From: Vicugna vicugna
Taxonomy: Eukaryota
Length of the DNA: 64,000 nucleotides
Reading direction: 5' to 3'
NCBI GenBank assembly: GCA_013265495.1
Contig: MU057930.1
Location: forward strand, 1,504,057 to 1,568,056
The translations under genes and the position numbers were made by a program. The notes under the pieces were generated by a model. It was not told where the DNA came from. It searched no databases and saw only the letters and a list, made by a program, of their open reading frames with translations. How positions within the stretch are numbered: the stretch's first letter is position 1; each line of letters opens with the position of its first letter. Shown piece after piece: positions 26,560 through 39,480 of the stretch.

Positions 26560-26659
26560 ATAAGCTCAGTGGTAGAGCACATGCTTAGCATGCATGAGGT
26601 CCTGGGTTCAATCCCCAGTATCTCCATTAAAAAAATAATAATTAAAAAAATAAAATTAA
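26560..26659 (+). mobile_element. tRNA-Ala-derived SINE (Vic-1-like), right monomer, 5' end clipped
   Basis: agctcagtggtagagcacatgcttagcatgcatgaggtcctgggttcaatccccagtatctcc plus A-rich tail. Confidence 0.9.
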
Positions 26660-26674
26660 TAAACATGATCCAAA

Positions 26675-26968
26675 AGAACAAACTTCCAATTATAAGATAA
26701 ATAAATCCTGGGGATGTAATGTGCAGCATGTTGACTGCAGTTAATAATACTGTATTGCACACTGAAAAGTTACTAAGAAAGTAGAACTTAAATGTTCTCA
26801 TCACAAGAAAAAAATATGGTAGCTATACGTGGTGATGGATGTTAACTAGACTTATTGTGGTGATCTTTCAGCAATATATACATCCAGGCAATCATGTTGT
26901 ACACTTGAAACTAATACAATGTTACACGTCAATTATAGCTCACTACCAATAAATAATGAAATAAAAAT
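26675..26968 (+). mobile_element. L1MA-like 3' end
   Basis: ataagataaataaatcctgggg...gttaataatactgtattg...aatgttctcatcaca...tgtacacttgaaactaatacaatg. Confidence 0.8.
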
Positions 26969-29387
26969 AGGACAACCTGTGTATCCATTTAGTTCATTAT
27001 TAATTAGAAAAACTGGATGTATGTAACCACATTATTAAGGCATGGTTTTTTTAGTTTATGAAAAATACTCACGAGAAGGTTAAAAGGTTTTTGTTTTAGA
27101 AATTTTACTATAAAAGGTACATGAACTGTTACAAAATCAAGTTCAGATTCCAGGGAAAATAAGTGATTTAGGAATATAAAATTACTTTAAATAGTTTAAA
27201 CAATAGGACCAATTGACATTGCTAATTAACGACTAAGCAGCGTTTAATCAATAGTTTGTTTTCAAATGGATGTATGAACGTGAAAAAAAATCAAAATGAA
27301 AATTGGGAAAATTATTATTAGTTTGAATTAAATGTCTTTGGAGGGAAGATGAAAGATGTCTCCTTGTTTTTTTTTTCTTTCTCCTTTATAAAAAAGTTTC
27401 TATCTTCACTTGTGATAATTAATCACAAGTGCTTATTATCTTCAATCCACCCCCCCGAACTACAGCCTCTTTCAACTTTCTCTCACATTTGGAAATGAAT
27501 TTTTTTTAGGGCTTTTAAGGAGGATGAGTTGTTTAAACATTGCTTTTCTAGTTTTTAAAACTGAAAGGAAAAAATCACTAGTCAAGAATTTCATCACATT
27601 CTCTCTTGAACCAACATCCCAACTGTATTTCTTGCTTTGGCGTCAACAGTTGAATATTATAAGGGAACTCACAGTGACTCAATGTACTTTATTGGGTAAA
27701 AGCAAGGCTGGGATGGTTCGATTTAAAGTTGGTAAGTGAAAACACCAACTGTTCGTCATTGAAGATCTGGTTGGATTAGTAACTAGACGTGAGTGTAGAA
27801 TAATGGGTCCAGTTGGCTTTATAGGTTCCAAAGGATCTTAGATGTCTCCATCAAAGACACATTGGCTCTAAAACATCTATTTATGATCAAAACTCTCCAG
27901 AAAGTGGGCATAGAGGGACCATACTTCAATATAATAAAGACCATATATAACAAACCTGCAGTTAACTTCATACTCAAGGGTGAAAATCTGAAAGCATCTC
28001 CTCTGAGGTCAGGACCGAGACAAGGATACCGACTCACAACACTTTCATTCAACATAGTTTTGAAAGTCCTAGCCACAGCAATCAGATAAGAAAAAGAAAT
28101 ATAAAAGAAATACAAATTAGAAAAGGCATAAAACTGTCACTGTGTGCAGATGACACGATACTGTACACAAAAAAAAAATCCTAAAAAGGCCACCAGAAAA
28201 CTACTAGACCTCATCAATGAATTTGGTAAAGTCGCAGAAGACAAAATTAATATACAGAAATCTGCCGCATTTTTATATGCTAACAACAAACTGTGAGAAA
28301 GAAATTAAAGAAACAATCCCATTTATCATCACGTTGAAAAGAATAAAATACCTAGGAATAAGCCTACCTAAGGAGACAAAGGACCTGCACTTCAAAAACC
28401 GTAAGATACCGATGAAAGAAACTGAAGATGACAGAAACATTCTTGGATTGGAAGAATCAATATTGCTAAAATAGCCATGCTACCCAAGGCCATCTACAGG
28501 TTTAATGCACTCTCTATCAAAATACCAATGGCATTTTTCACAGAACTAGAACAAATACTTTTAGGTTTTTTATGGAAATAGAAAATGTCCCAAACAGTGA
28601 ATACAATTGTGAGAAAGAATAACAGAGCGATAGGAATCATTTTCCTTAACTTAGACTATACTACAAAGCTAAAGTCATCAAAACAGTATGGTATGTGCAC
28701 AAAAACCAGACACAGATCTATGGAACAGGATAGACAGCCCAGAAATAAACCCATGCACTTATGGTCAATTAATATATGACAAAAGAGGCAAGAATATACA
28801 ATGGAGAAAAGACTGTCTCTTCAATAAGTGGTGCTGGGAAAACTGGACAGCTACCTGTAAAAGAATAAAATTAGAACATTCTCTAACACTATATACAAAA
28901 ATAAATTCAAAATGAATTAAAGACCTTAATGTAAGACTGAGTACCATAAAACTCCTAGAGGAAAACATAGGCTGAACACTCTTTGACCTAAATCGAAGCA
29001 CTATTGTTTTTGGATCCCTCTCCTAAAGTAAATAAAAGCAAAAATAAACAAATAGGAACTAATTAAACTTAAAGGATTTTGCACAGCAAAGGAAACTGTT
29101 GAGAGAATGAACAACCTACTGAATGGGAGAAAAAATTTGCAAAAGATATGACAGATAAGGGAGTGTATCCAACATATATGAAGAGCTCATACAATTCAAC
29201 ATAAAAAAAAAACCCAATTAAAAATGGGCAGAAGAACTGGATAGACATTTCTGCAAAGAAGAAATGCAGATGGCCAATGGGCACACGAAAAGATGTTCAA
29301 CATCACTAATCATCAGGGAAATGCAAATCAAAAACACACTGAGACAGCACCTCACACCTGTCAGAATGACTATAATCAAAAAGACAA

Positions 29388-29648
29388 GGGGGGAGGGTAC
29401 AGCCCCCTCGCAGTTGGCAGAGTGCTTGCTTCACGTGCACAAGGTCCGGACTTCAATCACCAGTACCTCCTTTGAAATAATAAGTAAATAAATAAGAACC
29501 TAATTACTTCCCTCCAAAATTAATTTGAGGGGATATAGCTCAGCGGCAGACTGCACGCTTAGTATGCACAAGGTCCTGGATTCAATCCCCAGTACCTCCA
29601 TTAAAATAAACAAACCTCATTACCTCCCCCTCCAAAAAAACAAAAAAG
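29388..29648 (+). mobile_element. Two tandem Vic-1-like SINEs (29388-29520, 29527-29648) inserted in L1
   Basis: Two tRNA-like heads with tails; L1 text aaaaagacaag precedes and resumes as aaaaagacgacaagaggtacaaatgttg. Confidence 0.88.
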
Positions 29649-29949
29649 ACGACAAGAGGTACAAATGTTGATGAGAATGTGGAGAAAAGGGAACACTTGT
29701 ACACTGCTGGAGGGACTGTAACTTGGTGCAGCCACTGCGGAAAATAGAATAGAGGTTCCCCCCACCAAAAAAAATAGAACTACCATTTGACCCAGAAATT
29801 CCACTCCTGGGTATATATCCAAAAACCCAAAAACTCCGATTTAAAAAGACACATACACCTCAATGTTCTTAGCAGCAGTATTACTTACAATAGCTCAGGC
29901 ATGGAAGCAACTTGAGTGTCCATCAACAGACGAATAGATAAAGAAAATG

Positions 29950-29950
<1 letters not shown>

Positions 29951-30004
<54 letters not shown>
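29951..30004. repeat. Compound (CA)n(GA)n microsatellite within L1
   Basis: Directly visible. Confidence 0.95.
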
Positions 30005-30005
<1 letters not shown>

Positions 30006-30300
30006 GAATATTACTCAGCCATAAAAAGAATGAAATTTTGCCATTTCCAGCAACATAAACGGACTTGGAGGGCATTATGCTAAGTGAAATAAGTCAGAGA
30101 AAGACAAATACTGTGTGATCTCACTTACATGTAGAATCTTAGAAAATACAAGAAACTAGCGAATGCAAGAAAAAAGAAGCAGACACACAGATCTAGAGAA
30201 CAAATTAGTGGCTACCAGTGGGGAGAGGGTGGGGGAGGGGTAATATAAGGCTAGGGGATTAAGGCGTCCAAATTATTAGGTATAAAATAGGCTACAAGGA

Positions 30301-30698
30301 GGAGGTAATTAAGGTAAAATGAGGTCGTAAAATGAGGAAAGGCCACAGGAGGACACAGCAAGAAGATGGCCACCTGCAAGCGAAGGTGAGAAGCCTCACC
30401 AGAAAGCAACCCTGTCCTCACCATGGTCTGAAGTTTCTAGTCTCTGGAAGTGTGAGAAGATCAGTTTCTGGGGGGAGGGTATAGCTCAAGTGGTAGAGCA
30501 CCAGCTTAGCATGCATGAGGTCCTGGGTTCAATCCCCAGTACCTCCTCTAAAAATGAATAAATAAATCTAACCATCTCCCCCCACCAATATAAATAAATA
30601 TATTTATAAGAAATTTTTTTTAATTAAAAAAAAACAATTTCTGATATTTAAGGCACCCATTCTGTGGTGCTTTGTTACGGCAGCCTAGCCGACTGACG
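30301..30698 (+). mobile_element. MLT1-type MaLR LTR (5'-truncated), interrupted by a SINE
   Basis: ggaggtaattaaggtaaaatgaggtc...aagaagatggccacctgcaagc...tttaaggcaccc...tttgttacggcagcc. Confidence 0.8.
30470..30634 (+). mobile_element. Vic-1-like SINE
   Basis: ggggagggtatagctcaagtggtagagc...ggttcaatccccagtacctcc; TSD-like cagtttctg / caatttctg. Confidence 0.92.
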
Positions 30699-32917
30699 TG
30701 GTTATGTTGTCTTGCTACGTTATGCTACGTTCTACTACATATGCTCTGTTACACTATGCGCTGTAATGCAATGCCTGCCACTTTGCCAACACAGCAACTG
30801 AAGTTCAGAGAGATTGAATGATTCCCCTGGAGCCACACAGCTACTAAGACTTAGTGTGGACGTTCAGCTCTAAGCAGCCTAAAGGCAGGTCAGTCCTCTA
30901 CACGCTCTGTCCTGTGGGCTTTATCACTTTGGGAAAAATGTTTAACATCTTAGAGCCGGAATCCCTTTTTATCAGCAAATGAGGGCTCTTATGCAGGGTT
31001 AGAGCCCTTTGGCCTATGGTAGATATTTCATAATTGACTAGGGTCATGAGGATAGAATAATAGTTATAATAATATGTGTACCATAGTTATTATTACATTG
31101 TCTTCCAAAGACAATATTTAGGGTCCTCTAAAGAGCTGGTTGGCGCTGAGGGAAGCCACCACATCTGTTCCTCTTGGGAACATACTTGGTGAGGTTTTAC
31201 TGCATGAGACGTTAATCCTTATCTGCTCAGCTTTGGGGTCAGGATAAGCCACGTTCTTCTGAAGTAAGCATGGGGTCACAGTCTGAGTCCAACATCTTGT
31301 CTTTTACTCCCTGTTCTGAGATGAATGGCATTGTCAGTCTCGGTCTACCCTGTTCCACGTCAAAGGAGAGAAAAGTCAGACCATCTTTGATGAGCTTTTC
31401 AAATTTCGTAATTACGCCAACCGTCCCGGAAAACGAAGCGCACTTACTAGTGTAGACCCAAACTGAAAAGTTTTGTGATCGGTCAGTCTCTTCTCCCTTT
31501 TTTTCATGCCCTGCCTAAATCCAACCACTGGAAGTCTAAGCCACTGACCATGAACAATACAAACTGACAAAAGAGCATGAGCCAAAATACCTCTAAAGCT
31601 GTGTTAAATGGAGTGAGGGAGTTCACTGAATGCCAGTTGATGTGTACACAGAAAACGTGACGCTCTGGGGAAAGGGTGTCAAATATAAAACGGTGTCATT
31701 TTGGTTCAAGAATGCAATGCAAGGATCAGGCTTTTCTTTAACAAAATACAATTTTTAAATAACTGTAGATAAATATTGTCTGCCCAGAGATCTGTCTAAG
31801 GAGTGAAAACTCCCTAAACACTTCAACAGTTTCTCCTTTAGAGTATGAGTGATGTTCATCACCATTGACACATGTGACATGTATGATTTTTGCCATGAAC
31901 TATATATGCACGTGTATATAATGTCATGATTTTCCCTTTGATCTGCGGCTATCAGTGTCTGCTAATGTGTCTTCTTCTGCAGAGGTCACAACTTGCCTCA
32001 ATAGTGAGATTTTGGAAAAAGTGGGGAAAGAACCAATCATCAAGTGCACCCACAGAATGAGCAAGTTATGTGTCCACCACTGTTTCACTCTTGCAGGAAT
32101 TAAGAGCAGCGCGGACATGGTGATCTGGTTTAACTACTTACAACGTCATTCATTGAATCTTAGGTCACACATGCAAAAACAGGTGCTTTAGAATGTGACT
32201 TCCTGATGAGACAAGGGAAGAAGGAGAGAAAATACTACATGACCAATGGAATGGAAAACACTGGACAAATACAACAAATACAACAAAGCAAATGTTTGGT
32301 AGCAGCTGGTTCATTTGGAAAAACCTGAGTTATTAATTATGCTTGCTAAGGAAGAGGAAGTTGGTGCAACCTTTCTCTCACCCAAATCAAAGACACATCA
32401 GCCAGGATGATGGACCAAGAGTCCTCATGGGGAATAGTGGCAATGTTTTGTAGGTTACAACTGGGAAACCCAGGTCCCTGGGATCAAGGTCTTTCTCTGG
32501 CATAAAAGTGGTGGGTCCAACTGTTGAGGAACATTAAGCCAATCCCCATAGCATCAAGGGACTGCCTTTGCATCCTCAGCAGTGTGAGGCAGAAGCCACT
32601 CAGCAGCCTTCCAGCCTCCACAGACGTACATGTTTGTATTAAACATTAGTCCCCATGGAGCTTGTCCGTCTCCTCGAATGGTTGGGACTTGATGTTGCAG
32701 GTAATGCAACATGACAAGGTCGTGACCTGCCAGAATGAATCAAATCAAATCAAAACATGAAAGATGGTGTTTTATAAACCTGTTTGGGAAAAAAAGACAT
32801 ACATCTCAAAAAAAATTTTTACTCTTACTGAAAGAAAAAAGACATGCATCTCTTGAGGAACTCATGGCATGGGGTGTTAATGTTTTTGAGACAGATTTGG
32901 AATAAAAAACTAAAAAT

Positions 32918-33092
32918 CATATATGTATATATCCAAGTAGTTTAGTAATATATATTAAATCTCTCTATTGTTTAATATATAGTATATATATATATATTAC
33001 TAAATCTCTCCATATAATCTCTTGCTATATATATTATCTCTATATAAGTAAATCTCTATTTATTTATATATATATAACTGAATTTCTCTACA
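32918..33092. repeat. TA-rich low-complexity tract
   Basis: Directly visible. Confidence 0.8.
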
Positions 33093-34119
33093 TAGGGAGA
33101 GAGATAAAGAGAAAGAGAGGAAGCAAGTAACTTCTCAACTACACAAACATATATATGTGACTCATGTTTCATTATTAGGATTCCCAGTTGTGACCCCAAA
33201 AGACTTTATAACTTCCAGGACAGAAAGATAGAGGGAGGGAAGAAAGAACATACAGATTAATAAATTAAGAATACACACATGTTAACACATGTGCATATGT
33301 GTGTACATATTGTAGGTATATTTGTCACAAATGTGTAGAACAGAATTAAAGATACCAATACACAAATACGTTAGAATGTCTAATACAGTGCATAAAAGCA
33401 GAATTGGAATTTGTGGTTTTCTCCATCCTTAGAGAAAGGATTTGAAATGCAGCTCCTTCAATGGGTTACAAGTTCTTATAAGAACCGTGACGAATATAGC
33501 CAAAACGTGTTTCTGGACACTAAAACCCAGTATGTCTTCAATAGCACACTTACTGGCTCCCTCCCTCAAAGTCCACATATATTTCAAGTCCTTTTAAAAA
33601 TTCTACATTAGGAAATTCTCTTGTAGTAAGTAGTGTACCATACAGGGATGTCAGAAACAGCAACTAGCTCTAGAGAGTGAATTATGGAGTGTTCTGCAGA
33701 GTCATGGTAAATCCTGTGGCCATCAATACACCATTGCCATCAGTATACCACACACACAGAAACGGGAACTCTCCTGGATGACATAATAAACAATCCCGTG
33801 CCGCCCTATTTGATCAGCCTTCTCGTCTACCTGGCTCAAGAACCTCTGATCACTCCCTACCTCCCACTTCATTTGGGGCCACCTGAGGTAGAACACCACC
33901 AACTGTTGACAGCAAGCAAGCAAGCACATTTAGAATTATCCGTGTGAACAGAAAACAAACACTCAAACTGTTTTTTTTTTTTTCATGAACTGTCCATCCT
34001 CTGAAGATTTTAGAATCATGGGTATTACTGCTTTGCTACCCAAGACATCTACAAGTCATCGCCATGGGCTGCAGATCACAGCGGTTAATGATGGCTTTAA
34101 AAATGCATGTTTGTTAAAT

Positions 34120-34420
34120 GCCGTATGTTACCACTTACACATGGAATCTAAAAATAAAATGAGTCAATGTCACAAAGCAGAAGGAGACTGACAGATAGAG
34201 AGCACAGTAGTGGTTACCAGCGGGGAGAGGGAAGGGGGTGGGGGAAGGACAGTATAAGTAAGAAGTTCAAGTTACTAAGTATAAAATAAACAAGTGGCAA
34301 GGATATATTGCACAGCACAGGGAATACAGCCATTCTTTTATAATGGCTTTAAGCTGAGTGTCATCTGTAAAAGTATTGAATCACTATGCTGTACACCTGG
34401 TACCTCAACTATGCTTTAAA
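34120..34420 (+). mobile_element. L1 3' end fragment
   Basis: cacttacacatggaatctaaaa...gtggttaccagcggggagagg...gcacagcacagggaatacagcc...gaatcactatgctgtacacctg. Confidence 0.85.
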
Positions 34421-35639
34421 AGTGGGCAGTTGTTTTTGCTGAGTCACTCAAATGCAGTAAGAAGGAGGCAGAGGAAGAGCAAAAATGGGTGACTTCAAAC
34501 TAAATTATCTGGTAAGAGCACATTTTCTAGAAGCTACTGCAATTCGAAAGTAGTTTGCAGAAAGAGGCTACCACTCAGTGCTTGAAAAAGAGCCCCAAAG
34601 GACAAATGTATCGCTAGCTGAGGAGGAGGGAGGACGGCTAATAGGTTAAAGCGGGTATGAAGGCAGACATCTGATGCTCTTCTCCTGTATTTGGGAACTT
34701 CTGGCAAACTTTCAACATGGAATCTTTATGGGGTGATTGATAGAAACATGGTTTCTGGTGAGAGGCTGGTCACTGGTGGGTTTGCTTTCAGAAGCCCAGG
34801 GTTCCATGATTGGTTGGGTGGGTTCCAGAGGTGTCATTCCTGATGCATGGTTAACATGGATGGACTGGGTCACTTGGAAACTGGAGCTGGTGATTTGTGT
34901 GGCTGTGGACAGGGAATAGTCAGTCTTTTTTCCCCCCACTGGATTTGGAATGTTGGACCTCTGCATCCTCAGACAGTTCCTGTGCATGGCTCAGTATGCT
35001 CTCACCTGCCTCCTTTCCACCTCACGTGTTCATCCATCATCTGCCTTCTTTGTCTACCTAACATTTCCCGTTCATTGTCTACCTACCTGTAGTTTGATTG
35101 TCACACTTCAGTTGAACCTGTGTCATTCCGCTTTCAAATTTTCTCAAAGCACGCCTTTTTGTTAGTAGCAGTTTCCTTCACAAGAATTTCCTGGCCTTCT
35201 GCAGACCATTCCAAAGGTAATCATCACACGGTCCTCTACAAGAGAATGTAGAGGTGTCAAAACTGAGAAATACTGTCCTGACTCTTTCTGTGCATGGAAA
35301 ACCACTTGCCTCTCTGGAAAATGTTTCCCTTGTAATTTGAAGATTATCTGTAGGTTCAAGTGTTCACGGTGTTGCTCAGATGTGAATTTTAATGAGCATT
35401 TTCTTGTCTCCCCAAATCATAGTCATTGGTACCTTTTCGGACCTCAGTTCCTTTGATGGATGTGGATAAAAATCAAAGTTTGGGGATAAAACTTTTAAAA
35501 GAGGAAGACAAAATTATTTTTAGAAACCTCCTTTTATTAGGAACGAGACAGATTCCTATGTTTTTCATAGTTACTGTCTATATGACTCAAGGGAAGTTTG
35601 TGGTTTCCCATGTAGAAAACAAACAAAAAAATACATTCA

Positions 35640-36110
35640 ATCCTAAAGCAGAGATGGATAGCTTTCCCCCAATATCCATTCCACTCTTGCTCTTCAGTTA
35701 ATTAACCATGGTCCCTGTCCAGACGCGGTTACTAGGAGCATAGACTACCTTGTCCAGTCTCTCCTGGGGTTGGGTGTGTCTGTGAGACCACATTCTGGAC
35801 CACTGGATGCAAAAATGAGTTGTCTGAACAAAATGTAGGAAGCCTTCCTAAAGCAGAGAGCTGTGCCCTTTGCACTGGCCATTCCTTTTCTAACAGGAGG
35901 TTAAACATCTATCTTAGATAATGAAAAGACTTTGGACCTGGGACAAGGCAGAAAAAAAAATCTTGATTTCCAATGCTTTCAATGGTCATTCAGATCCCGA
36001 GCAATTATCTCCAGGCTGCTGAAACATGATAGACACTGTTCTTGGATGTTTAAGCCACTGAGTATGTAAGATTTTCTTTTGTTTTTCACTACCAGTCCAA
36101 ACCCTAAGCA
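35640..36110. mobile_element. Ancient MLT1-like LTR
   Basis: ccccaatatccattc...gactaccttgtccagtctc...gtgagaccacattctggacca...tgtttaagccactg. Confidence 0.5.
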
Positions 36111-36651
36111 ATCCAAATCTACTTTTAAATACACTTTCTATCTTACTGTGGTAAAATGAGTTCTCCCGTGTATTTCTCTTATAAGGGGATTTATTACAGC
36201 CTGTGTTCCTACGGTTACACTTGAATAAAACTGGATTGATTAAGATGTAGTCTTCAACATGCACGTAATACCCACATCGCATGACAGAACAAACATAATG
36301 CAGATTCATAAAAACAGCATCTTAAGGATGTTTTGGAATCTGAATGTTCCATTATGGGTGATGTATTCTGAGAAACAAATTCAGATGAGGCATTTTTCTA
36401 TCTTCAGAAGCAAAATTCAAACTGTCGGCACACTTTGCAACTTCTTGCTTCTGTAATTGATATTGACTACGACAACTCTTTCAAGGATTTGTCCGCAACG
36501 GGTAGGCAAACGTTTGGGATTCCATGCCAGCATCGAATGAGGTATGTGCAGTGAGATTTTTGTAAAAAAAAAGTCATGGATGCAATGTTAATCTTATATA
36601 TATTATGATGATTTCTTTGCACATTCAAGAAGGTTGCTTTTCTAATATATA

Positions 36652-36858
36652 TATATATAATAGATAAACAACAAGTTATACTGTATAGCACAGGGAGCTC
36701 TATTTAATATCTTATAGTAACTTACGGTGAAAAAGAATATGAAAACAAATATATGTATGTTTCTGTATGACTGGAGCATTGTGCCGTACACCAGAACTGG
36801 ACACAATACTTTAAACTGACTAGATTTCAATAAAAATATATATTAAAAAAAAGAAAGA
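36652..36858 (+). mobile_element. Short L1 3' end with TSD
   Basis: tagataaacaacaagttatactgtatagcacaggg...ttcaataaaa; tgcttttct present on both sides (~36635, ~36863). Confidence 0.88.
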
Positions 36859-38307
36859 ATGCTGCTTTTCTCCTGTTGGGTTTAATAATTTAAACCCTAT
36901 AGATCAACTGGATTTAAGAGTCAGGTTAAAATAAGGACATGTATTTGAGGTCCTTCAACAGATGCTGGGGAAGCTTGAAATGTTTACAGCCCTTTCTCAG
37001 AGGCCAGCAGGTGGACAGAAACAACACCCAACGTCACAAAGCTTCAGTTAGTGGGGAGAATGCAGTAGCCGCAGAACATAGCACTCCGTAGTGTCTGTGT
37101 GGCTGCAGAGAGAGGCTGCAACACAAGCATGTCCACGAGAACGAGTCTACCTCTGTCCAGCACTGAACTTCTCCAGCCAGCTCTTTGCCTTCCAACTGCT
37201 GACCACCAGCTTCTCTTATCCAAGTCCTTACTGACGCCAACCCAACCGTCCTCATTCCTCCCTTGGTGTTTTGTTCGTTTGTTCACGGAGGATAAGGAAT
37301 GGGCACCCCCAGGAAAGGGAGGAGAACGAAAGATAGAAAGAAGGACAGATATGGGCGTCGGGGAGTGGGTGCTCAGTGCATAGTCATAGACATGTTAATT
37401 AATCAATGACGCAAGGACTGGGTGGTCAATACTCCCTTGATGCTCAAGCAGGGGCTACTTTAAGGCATGACCAATGGATTAAATGTGAGTGTCTTTACAG
37501 ACACCTAGTTCAACTTATCAAATTGTACACCGTTTTCCTCCATAAGCTCACTAGGAGGCCTCAAGAAAAGCATACGTAAGAGGCAAAAATGCCTGTGAAA
37601 TAGGGCAGGTGACCGTATCTTGAAAACTTCAGCAAATTAATGTGTCGGAAATGAGATGGGTAAATCCCACCTCCTCCAGATGAGGCTAAAGGAGGTAAGA
37701 CCAGGAAACAGGACAAGTCTTGGCCCCAAAGAGCAGAAATGTTAGTATTTGGCAGTAGAAGAGACGTCTGAAGGTGGGATACCAGGTGGGGATAAAGCAG
37801 GACTTCCTTGAAAACCTCCGTCTCCCAACCCCCATATTCCATCCCACATGGCTAGAAAAGTCACCCCCTACAGGACATGATCACTGACCCACTGAAAATC
37901 GTTTCTTTCCGGCGGGGGGTGCTTCATCCTTCCAAACACCAGTGATGGCTAGTGGGCGGGGGTGGAGTTCTACCGAAAACACAGGAATTCAGGGGAAAGT
38001 CAATGCACCGAATGCCGAGGAGCTCAGCCCAGTCTCCAAGTGGATTCTAAAATCGCTACCAGCAGGGATTAAAACCTTTCTCTCTAGGAGAACAGGGAAA
38101 ATCAAGAGAAAACAGACGCAGATACCAACATTGATGTGTCGCCGTTAAAGACACCTGCCCCCCCAATTTAAGGGTGAGCCCCTGTGTTGGCAAAACCTGT
38201 GCAAGCACACAGCTTTCATTTAGCATTCGTCCCTCCTGTAAATACGTAATGTCAGTGGAAGACCATCCAGCATTCGAGATGAATTTGAGACAGACAGAGG
38301 GAACTCT

Positions 38308-38790
38308 GAGCAGTGGTTCTCAAAGGGTGGTCCGGGCACACCTTGGGGGTGAACAAGGTCAAAGCTCTTTTTATGATACTAGGACTTGATTTACTGTTTC
38401 CATCTTTTTTTTTTCAGGTGTGTACAGTGATGTTTGCTACATGTTACATAGCTTTAGGTGCCCCCACACAGTAAACCCGGTGGAGACAGGAGACCCCAGC
38501 TGGGTTTGAGAAAGCTCGACAGCCAACGTAGCTGTAAGAAAGTAGGACACTTCCTCTCTTCTCCCTACTGTTTTGAAAACATAATTACTTTCAAAGTTAC
38601 ACCTTTTTTTAAAAAAAAAAAATAATGCACTTGCTATTTTAAATGGGATGAAGAATTTTTTTTAAAGAATTGCTTTAAAGAGTTCTTCATTCTGACTTCT
38701 AATGTAGCCAATACCAGTAGTTACAACCCACCTATAAAAAAATAATGTGTGATGCAGGTCATCAAACACCTGGATGGGAAAGGCGAACTG
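38308..38790. mobile_element. hAT-Charlie DNA transposon relic
   Basis: Starts cagtggttctcaaagggtggtcc...aaggtcaaagctctttttatgatactaggac, a hAT-type CAGTGGTTCTCAA terminus. Confidence 0.55.
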
Positions 38791-38918
38791 GCTTCACAGG
38801 TAGCTCTTCACATTCACCTCGTCTTGGCTTTTGCATCCTTCCATCTTGCAGGGAAACGAAATTTCTCCCACCTGGTAGGGAAGGTGTTGTAAGAGGCTGC
38901 CCTTACCTTCAGTCACTT

Positions 38919-38920
<2 letters not shown>

Positions 38921-38951
<31 letters not shown>
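38921..38951. repeat. (TG)n microsatellite
   Basis: Directly visible. Confidence 0.95.
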
Positions 38952-38953
<2 letters not shown>

Positions 38954-39071
38954 TCACAAGTACATACCCATATACATACCATATGCATGTCGTATATGGA
39001 GATGTATGCATGGGCCCATGGAGAGAGAAGATACACGGATAGATTATAGACTGATGTAGACAAATGAGAGC

Positions 39072-39480
39072 GTCAGGCTACCCCCCGCAGGTCTACAAGC
39101 CCTGCAGTTGCCCAGCCTCAGGGCCGAGGAAGGACCCGGAGACAGGGACAGAGATGTCAATGGTTGAGTGGAAGGAACACCTTAAGCAAGAGGTGCTGGA
39201 GGGACCCCCACCGCTTACAGCAATGACAGGCAGGACACGGCCACACTCTTCCGTCCCTGGGGGGAGAAGGAGGCTACCATTTACAGGGGGAGCTGATGTC
39301 AGGTAGGCTCACTGGCTACCAGCAAAACCAGCATCCGGGGCAGAGGGCAAGAATGTAGGCGGTCACTGTTGAAGCCCCATCATTAAGAGGACTGGACAGT
39401 CGTGGGACAGAAGTAGGGACTGGCCGAGCAGGGGGCGGACAGAGAGCAAGAGGACAGCCACGCTGGGCAGCCTGACCAGA
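39072..39480 (-). mobile_element. Probable ERV solo LTR, copy 1
   Basis: ~400-bp GC-rich segment colinear with 40292-40718; LTR identity inferred from size and motifs. Confidence 0.55.

Larger units (their letters stand above)
27871..30300 (+). mobile_element. LINE-1 ORF2 3' half plus partial 3'UTR, pseudogenised
   Basis: RT-region peptides ([23 protein letters not shown]...[20 protein letters not shown]...[10 protein letters not shown]) broken by stops and frameshifts. Confidence 0.95.

Noticed and set aside
27862..29491. Functional reverse transcriptase gene
   Set aside because: L1 ORF2 is 5'-truncated, broken by stops and frameshifts, and interrupted by SINEs.
34700..35000. LTR-like segments here and at ~16190-16600, ~32380-32650 and ~37040-37270
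   Set aside because: They look like ancient LTR remnants, but I cannot support a family or boundaries without a repeat search.
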